Below are positions 59,300 to 64,000 of a stretch of DNA of 64,000 nucleotides, one piece after another. The notes beneath the pieces were generated by a model. It was not told where the DNA came from, made no database searches, and saw only the letters and a program-made list of their open reading frames with translations. Source of the DNA: Bdellovibrionales bacterium (lineage in GTDB: Bacteria; Bdellovibrionota; Bdellovibrionia; Bdellovibrionales; Bdellovibrionaceae). Within the stretch, counting starts at the first letter, position 1. The number at the start of each line of letters is the position of its first letter. Position numbers and translations under genes: made by a program. The stretch is taken from positions 1 to 64,000 of the forward strand of contig JANMPT010000077.1 of NCBI GenBank assembly GCA_031370005.1. The letters run 5' to 3'.

Positions 59300-61877
59300 G
59301 TTCCAAACTTATAAGATCTAAAAGTTTTTCAATAGCGATGGGCTTACTCAAAATTTTGACATTCAAATCTTGAAGCTCTTCGCCTAAAAAATGATGATAT
59401 CCAGACCACAAAATAAGCGGAATTTTTTTATTGATATCTCTAATTTTGCGCATAAACTCAGCCCCAGACATTCCTGGCATTGATAAATCCGAAATGATAA
59501 CAAAATAATTACTTTGTGATTCGGAAAAGACACGCATGGCCTCTAGCGGGTCTACAAATGCATCAACATGTAGGCCTTCAACAACTAATAGCTCTTTTAT
59601 AAGAGTGCCAATCTCGGGCTCATCATCAATGATCATTACTTTTTTATCAGATCTGAAGCTGAAGGGTTTCATCTTAACTTCTTCACTGTGCGTTGAGTTT
59701 GCGACCGGTAAAAAAATATCAAAAAAAGTGCCTTGACCATTAACACTTTTAACTTCAATAAACCCCTGGTGATTGTTAATAATTCTTTGCGCCGCTACCA
59801 TGCTAATATTTTGTGCATAAACCGGGTCGAAAATCTTTTCTATTTTATCACGATCCAATTCTTCGCCCTTGTAGTTCAAGCTCCAATTTACGTAAGGGCG
59901 ATCTTTGATTTGAGCTCGCCGCAAACTTACGCGAATCTCTCCACCATTAGTGGATCCGACTGCTCGCGCTGCATTCACACAAAGATTTAAAAATGCTAGT
60001 TGAATTTGGTCATGATTCGCATTGATAGTTAATTCTGCGCAATCTGAGAAATCAAGGCTGAGCCGAATTTGCGCAGGCAGTGTTGAATGTAAGAAGTCAC
60101 TCATCTCTGTACATATTTTTTTGATTTGAATAGGCTCAACGGAGGAGTCATCTCTTCTGCCAAAAGCGAGTATCTGAGTCACCAACTGCCGAGCTCTGTT
60201 CCCAGCACTTCTTATAATTTCCAAGTAATGCTGATCTTGAGCGGAGTCCTTATGCTCGCTCGTCATTTTTTCTGTCGTTGCCATGATTATTGCTAAAATA
60301 TTGTTAAAATCATGCGCAATCCCCTGTGCCAGGCTTCCAATGGCTTCCATTTTTTCTGACTGCAATGAACGCTCTTCAATTTGCTTTCGTAATTTCTCTA
60401 CTTCCTTGCGTATTCCGTCAGTGCGAATACGTTCTAGCTCAACCCCGGCTCTTGCTGCAAATACGGAAAGCACAGTGCGTTTTAAATCCAGATCGACCAT
60501 TTCCTCTTCGCTATAAATCATCATGATCCCATTGGCTTGCTGTTCCGAGTCCTGTAAAACCAAACCCATGCAGAACTCTACATTACGGTAACTGAGCAGA
60601 GGGTCTTGGGTGAAAATCTTACTAACAGATTTAGGATAAACAAAAAATTCTCCAGGTTTTAAATTACCAAAGGGTGTATTCTTGAGATCGTAAATATAAT
60701 TTGTACCAAATTGCCCATCGACTATGTTCACTACGAATTTCACTGAATTTAGATGCTCAGGTAGCAGCACCCCAATGGTCACATTCCGAACTGCAAATGC
60801 AGTGGAGATCTGCAGCCCCAGCTCACGTAGAAAATCTTGCCCTGTAAGAACCTCCGTTTTTTGTTGAATAAGGCGAATCAATTCTTCGCGGTTATAATGA
60901 TCTTCGAGATTTTTTCTTAAAGATTCTTGCCGCCTCTTCAAGAGATTTACCAGGTATATAAGTATCATCGTGAACAACGAAAAAATTGCAATTTCCATAG
61001 CACTAATAACTCGCCACCCGGTATAAATCGCCCTCCTGTTATATCCAACATAGGTCATGGCCCCGTAAGGGGCTAAAAATTTATAATAACCAATTTTTTC
61101 ATCACCATCGACATTGCTGCTCCCCTCAATTACCCCCTCCGAATCCATGCGTATATTTTCCGGAAAAGCAAAATGGGAGCTAGCAAGCAACCCACCTCTA
61201 GGAAACCGATAAATCACTTCGCCATCGTCACGAAAGATAGCAAAACTAACTCCCATAGGCAGCTCAAGTGTCTTGTAAAAGGACTCGAAGTCCTCAATCG
61301 AACGAGTGACCCCAATAACTCCGCTAAATCGACCCTCCTTAGTCCGTAAAATCTTATTAAGTACAAGCAGCTGCCTCCCATCTTTCGGTGAAATCGCCGT
61401 GGTCGTAATTGTAAAGTTTTTTTGAGTTTTCAAATAGTCAAATTCAGAGTCCTGCTTTTGCGCACTTTCTATCGTAGGGAATCCAGCCGACAAGCGTACG
61501 TGTCCGTCCACATCAAGGGCAAAAATCGACCGAACATTGGAACGGTCTGCAAAAGAAATCGCATCCGTAAATAAATTGTCGAATTCTCTTTGGCTTATTT
61601 TATCCAGACCGCCACGTCCCTGCACCTTGCGAGTCACATAATCAAGCGGCATGGCCATAGCCTCTAGTTGGCGGCGATTGATTTCATCCAGAGCCAAAGA
61701 CAATGTATATGTCTGCGCGTAGGCCGCCCTGCGGAGCTGAGATCTTGCATAAAATAAAGATATTAAAAGTAAGGCTCCTGGAATAAGAATAGTTAATCCA
61801 CAAGAGACCCATAAGTATTTACCGAAAATACGATTTTTTGTTTTCAAAGAATTATTAACACTTGTTTTAGCATTCAA
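59226..61877 (-). CDS. Hybrid sensor kinase (Cache-GAF-like-HisKA-degenerate HATPase-REC)
   Basis: 2 TMs flanking a Cache-like domain, AHDFNN H-box, NLCVNA, REC ISDLSMPG; G1/G2 boxes degenerate. Confidence 0.85.
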   Translation of the reverse strand: MNAKTSVNNSLKTKNRIFGKYLWVSCGLTILIPGALLLISLFYARSQLRRAAYAQTYTLSLALDEINRRQLEAMAMPLDYVTRKVQGRGGLDKISQREFDNLFTDAISFADRSNVRSIFALDVDGHVRLSAGFPTIESAQKQDSEFDYLKTQKNFTITTTAISPKDGRQLLVLNKILRTKEGRFSGVIGVTRSIEDFESFYKTLELPMGVSFAIFRDDGEVIYRFPRGGLLASSHFAFPENIRMDSEGVIEGSSNVDGDEKIGYYKFLAPYGAMTYVGYNRRAIYTGWRVISAMEIAIFSLFTMILIYLVNLLKRRQESLRKNLEDHYNREELIRLIQQKTEVLTGQDFLRELGLQISTAFAVRNVTIGVLLPEHLNSVKFVVNIVDGQFGTNYIYDLKNTPFGNLKPGEFFVYPKSVSKIFTQDPLLSYRNVEFCMGLVLQDSEQQANGIMMIYSEEEMVDLDLKRTVLSVFAARAGVELERIRTDGIRKEVEKLRKQIEERSLQSEKMEAIGSLAQGIAHDFNNILAIIMATTEKMTSEHKDSAQDQHYLEIIRSAGNRARQLVTQILAFGRRDDSSVEPIQIKKICTEMSDFLHSTLPAQIRLSLDFSDCAELTINANHDQIQLAFLNLCVNAARAVGSTNGGEIRVSLRRAQIKDRPYVNWSLNYKGEELDRDKIEKIFDPVYAQNISMVAAQRIINNHQGFIEVKSVNGQGTFFDIFLPVANSTHSEEVKMKPFSFRSDKKVMIIDDEPEIGTLIKELLVVEGLHVDAFVDPLEAMRVFSESQSNYFVIISDLSMPGMSGAEFMRKIRDINKKIPLILWSGYHHFLGEELQDLNVKILSKPIAIEKLLDLISLELSQMMSPDISPGDRGPDNEPEGPT

Positions 61878-62051
61878 CTCGCGGCCCCTAAGGATGTAGT
61901 AATTTATTTACTTTTATAATTTGTAAAACAGACTTCCAAATAGATTCGTTCAAATTTGAAGTTCTAAATGAAAAACAAATAAATGTGACGAAAACAGGAT
62001 GGAATTATCCAAGCAATGGGATTGCCCACCAGAGCTGGCTCACGTCACTGC

Positions 62052-62669
62052 TTAGGTTGTTAACTCATTAGATTCAATAAGACGATGAAGGAACTGAATT
62101 TTTTCATTGATGTCATTGAACTCAAGAGCCATTTGCTGAAGGTCATAATCTCTTACAAGGTAAGATGAAAAAGCACCTACGATCTCTTCAGGACCTGAAA
62201 GACTCTTCATAAAAATCTCTTTTTGTTGTAAATCCGGGATATGGAGTCGGATCCAACGTGTGAGAATCTTTAATAGATGTTCAAGTTTTATTGAATTTTC
62301 TGGCGTTGGTATCACAACTTCAATGACCTGTTCAGCTTCAACCACCATATAAGGTGTGCCACGTTCGACGACTTTTCCTAAACGTACTTTACCCACGCCT
62401 TGCAAAAAAACTAAGATTGTACCGTTAAGTCTTTCTTCGACGATCTGTAAATAACCAAACCCTGCCACTGGACGAACAAATGTGACGGAACCCCCAACTT
62501 TCACTGGCATCACTTGAGATGCATCTTCAATAAACCCAATGGCAACAGGAAGCTTTTTTCCCGCAGCTACTCTGACCATTTCCAGATATCTTGGCTCAAA
62601 AATATTCAAAGGTTTTGTTGTCTTCGGAAAAAGACTGACGTTTACTAAGGGGAATAAAAAAACTTCCAT
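62052..62669 (-). CDS. LON peptidase substrate-binding-domain protein
   Basis: LFPL...LFP...PLNIFEPRYLEM. Confidence 0.85.
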   Translation of the reverse strand: MEVFLFPLVNVSLFPKTTKPLNIFEPRYLEMVRVAAGKKLPVAIGFIEDASQVMPVKVGGSVTFVRPVAGFGYLQIVEERLNGTILVFLQGVGKVRLGKVVERGTPYMVVEAEQVIEVVIPTPENSIKLEHLLKILTRWIRLHIPDLQQKEIFMKSLSGPEEIVGAFSSYLVRDYDLQQMALEFNDINEKIQFLHRLIESNELTT

Positions 62670-62736
62670 GAAAAATTCACTCCACAGATAAAAGCTTAAC
62701 TATAGGAAGGACGGCTGCCAAAAGCTAGGTGAAAAA

Positions 62737-63135
62737 ATGCAGACACAAAAGCCAATTGTATTTTTTGACGGCATCTGTCATCTTTGTAACAGCTTTGTTG
62801 ATAAAGTCATACAGTTAGATCGCCAGTCTCAATTTCAATTCGCCTCTCTTCAAGGTGAAACTGCTAAAAAAATCCTCAGACCTGAAGAACGCACCCATCT
62901 TGAAACTGTTATATTGCTAGAAAATAAGAAAAAATATCATCGTTCGGACGCCATCCTCAGAGTTCTGACAAAGCTTGGAGGCATCTATAAAATCTTTTTC
63001 CTAGGATACCTGCTTCCTCAATTTTTACGAGATGGCCTCTATGCCTGGATAGCTCACAATCGCTACGCTTGGTTTGGACAAAGGGAGTTCTGCCGTCTGC
63101 CAAAATCCGATGAAAAAGATCGCCTACTTCCTTAG
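62737..63135 (+). CDS. DCC-family thiol-disulfide oxidoreductase (YuxK-like)
   Basis: FDGICHLC, FASLQ, RD..Y..IA.NRY.WFG. Confidence 0.9.
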   Translation: MQTQKPIVFFDGICHLCNSFVDKVIQLDRQSQFQFASLQGETAKKILRPEERTHLETVILLENKKKYHRSDAILRVLTKLGGIYKIFFLGYLLPQFLRDGLYAWIAHNRYAWFGQREFCRLPKSDEKDRLLP

Positions 63136-63548
63136 GATTTCATTCTTAAATTTTTTTTGATCATTTCAAGGAGAGGACGATCCGCTTCCGAGAGGACTCC
63201 GATGTCTAAGTCCACAGGTCTAATGTACTGAAAAGCATCATGCTCTGCCAGTGCAAAGCTTTCATTCGGAATCGATGCCCAATAAAAATGAAGATGTATT
63301 TTTTTTTCTGGGTATTGATGAATGTTCTCACCAATTTTTTCCTCCACCTGAATATGAATTCCTATTTCCTCAAGAATTTCCCTCTGAAGTGCTGCGGCAT
63401 GGCCCTCGCCGGGCTCTACTTTTCCTCCAGGAAACTCCCAGGAGCCTGCGCCACTCATCCCTGGACCACGGCGAAAAATTAAGACCTCATCACCCCGATA
63501 GAGAACTGCAGCAACAACATGAATAGCCTCTTGATGATTACTATACAG
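63132..63548 (-). CDS. NUDIX pyrophosphohydrolase (MutT/NudG-like); start uncertain
   Basis: WEFPGGKVE...REILEE Nudix box; in-frame IHVVAAVL..VLIFRR lies upstream of the first ATG (63458). Confidence 0.85.
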   Translation of the reverse strand: MYSNHQEAIHVVAAVLYRGDEVLIFRRGPGMSGAGSWEFPGGKVEPGEGHAAALQREILEEIGIHIQVEEKIGENIHQYPEKKIHLHFYWASIPNESFALAEHDAFQYIRPVDLDIGVLSEADRPLLEMIKKNLRMKS

Positions 63549-63668
63549 ACAACATCTCCCTAAAAAAAATCCAGACCAAAGTATATCCCCTCATTTAGGT
63601 TGAAATAAAGAAGTTCATTACAAAACTTGGACTTTTTTGCTATATTTGAAATAAATTAGGGAAGTGAC

Positions 63669-64000
63669 ATGATAGATCTGGGTAATTCGTATTTTATAAT
63701 TCTGGTAAGTGGTGTCGCAATCTTCCTCTATGGCATGAGTATGGCAAGTCACTCCCTTGAAAAACTCATGGCGAATAAAATCACTAGTCTCATGCACCAG
63801 CTTTCTGAAAGTAAATTTCTTTCAATCGTTGTTGGTATTTCTTTAACCACCCTGCTTCAAAGCTCGGGGGCCGTGACCTCATTGCTTGTTGGTTTGGGAT
63901 CGGCCCGAGTTATCACTCTTCGCCAAGTGATGGGTGTCATTATCGGGACCGCGATCGGCTCTACTCTGACCGTGCAGTTAATCTCTCTAGATCTCGGTCA
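63669..64000 (+). CDS. Na/Pi cotransporter family protein (runs off the window)
   Basis: Manual translation: GVAIFLYGM..., LLQSSGAVT, IIGTAIGST. Confidence 0.85.
   Translation, partial: MIDLGNSYFIILVSGVAIFLYGMSMASHSLEKLMANKITSLMHQLSESKFLSIVVGISLTTLLQSSGAVTSLLVGLGSARVITLRQVMGVIIGTAIGSTLTVQLISLDLG

Noticed and set aside
1..64000. CRISPR array, rRNA, retron/reverse transcriptase, intact IS or prophage
   Set aside because: No repeat-spacer pattern, RT motif, terminal-repeat-bounded transposase or phage structural genes recognised by eye.

Overview
Bacterial chromosome window, most consistent with a Bdellovibrio-like organism. This is inferred from gene content (stand-alone mreB paralog, Bdellovibrio-style HD-GYP proteins, gene set), not from a marker alignment. 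Bases 1 to ~12,200 are the right part of a genomic island at the 3' end of tRNA-His. It carries decayed mobilisation functions (mobC, a relaxase stub, an oriT-like region), a type I restriction-modification locus with an embedded Fic gene, and an AT-rich four-gene module: higB - higA/ImmA-IrrE peptidase - beta protein, convergent with an sce7726-like PD-(D/E)xK nuclease. That module is the best candidate for an undescribed defence system. Putative integrase arm repeats lie next to the tRNA. The rest is mostly core genome: mreB paralog, metG, tRNA-modifying enzymes, ECF sigma/anti-sigma, surface-glycan genes with an rfbD pseudogene, sohB, a peptide ABC transporter, tatA, greA, nrnA and others. 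It also holds an unusual signalling cluster at 46-50.4 kb (REC-HD-GYP, tandem-V4R protein, small ORF, soluble PAS histidine kinase). All family calls come from motif recognition by eye; no searches were run.
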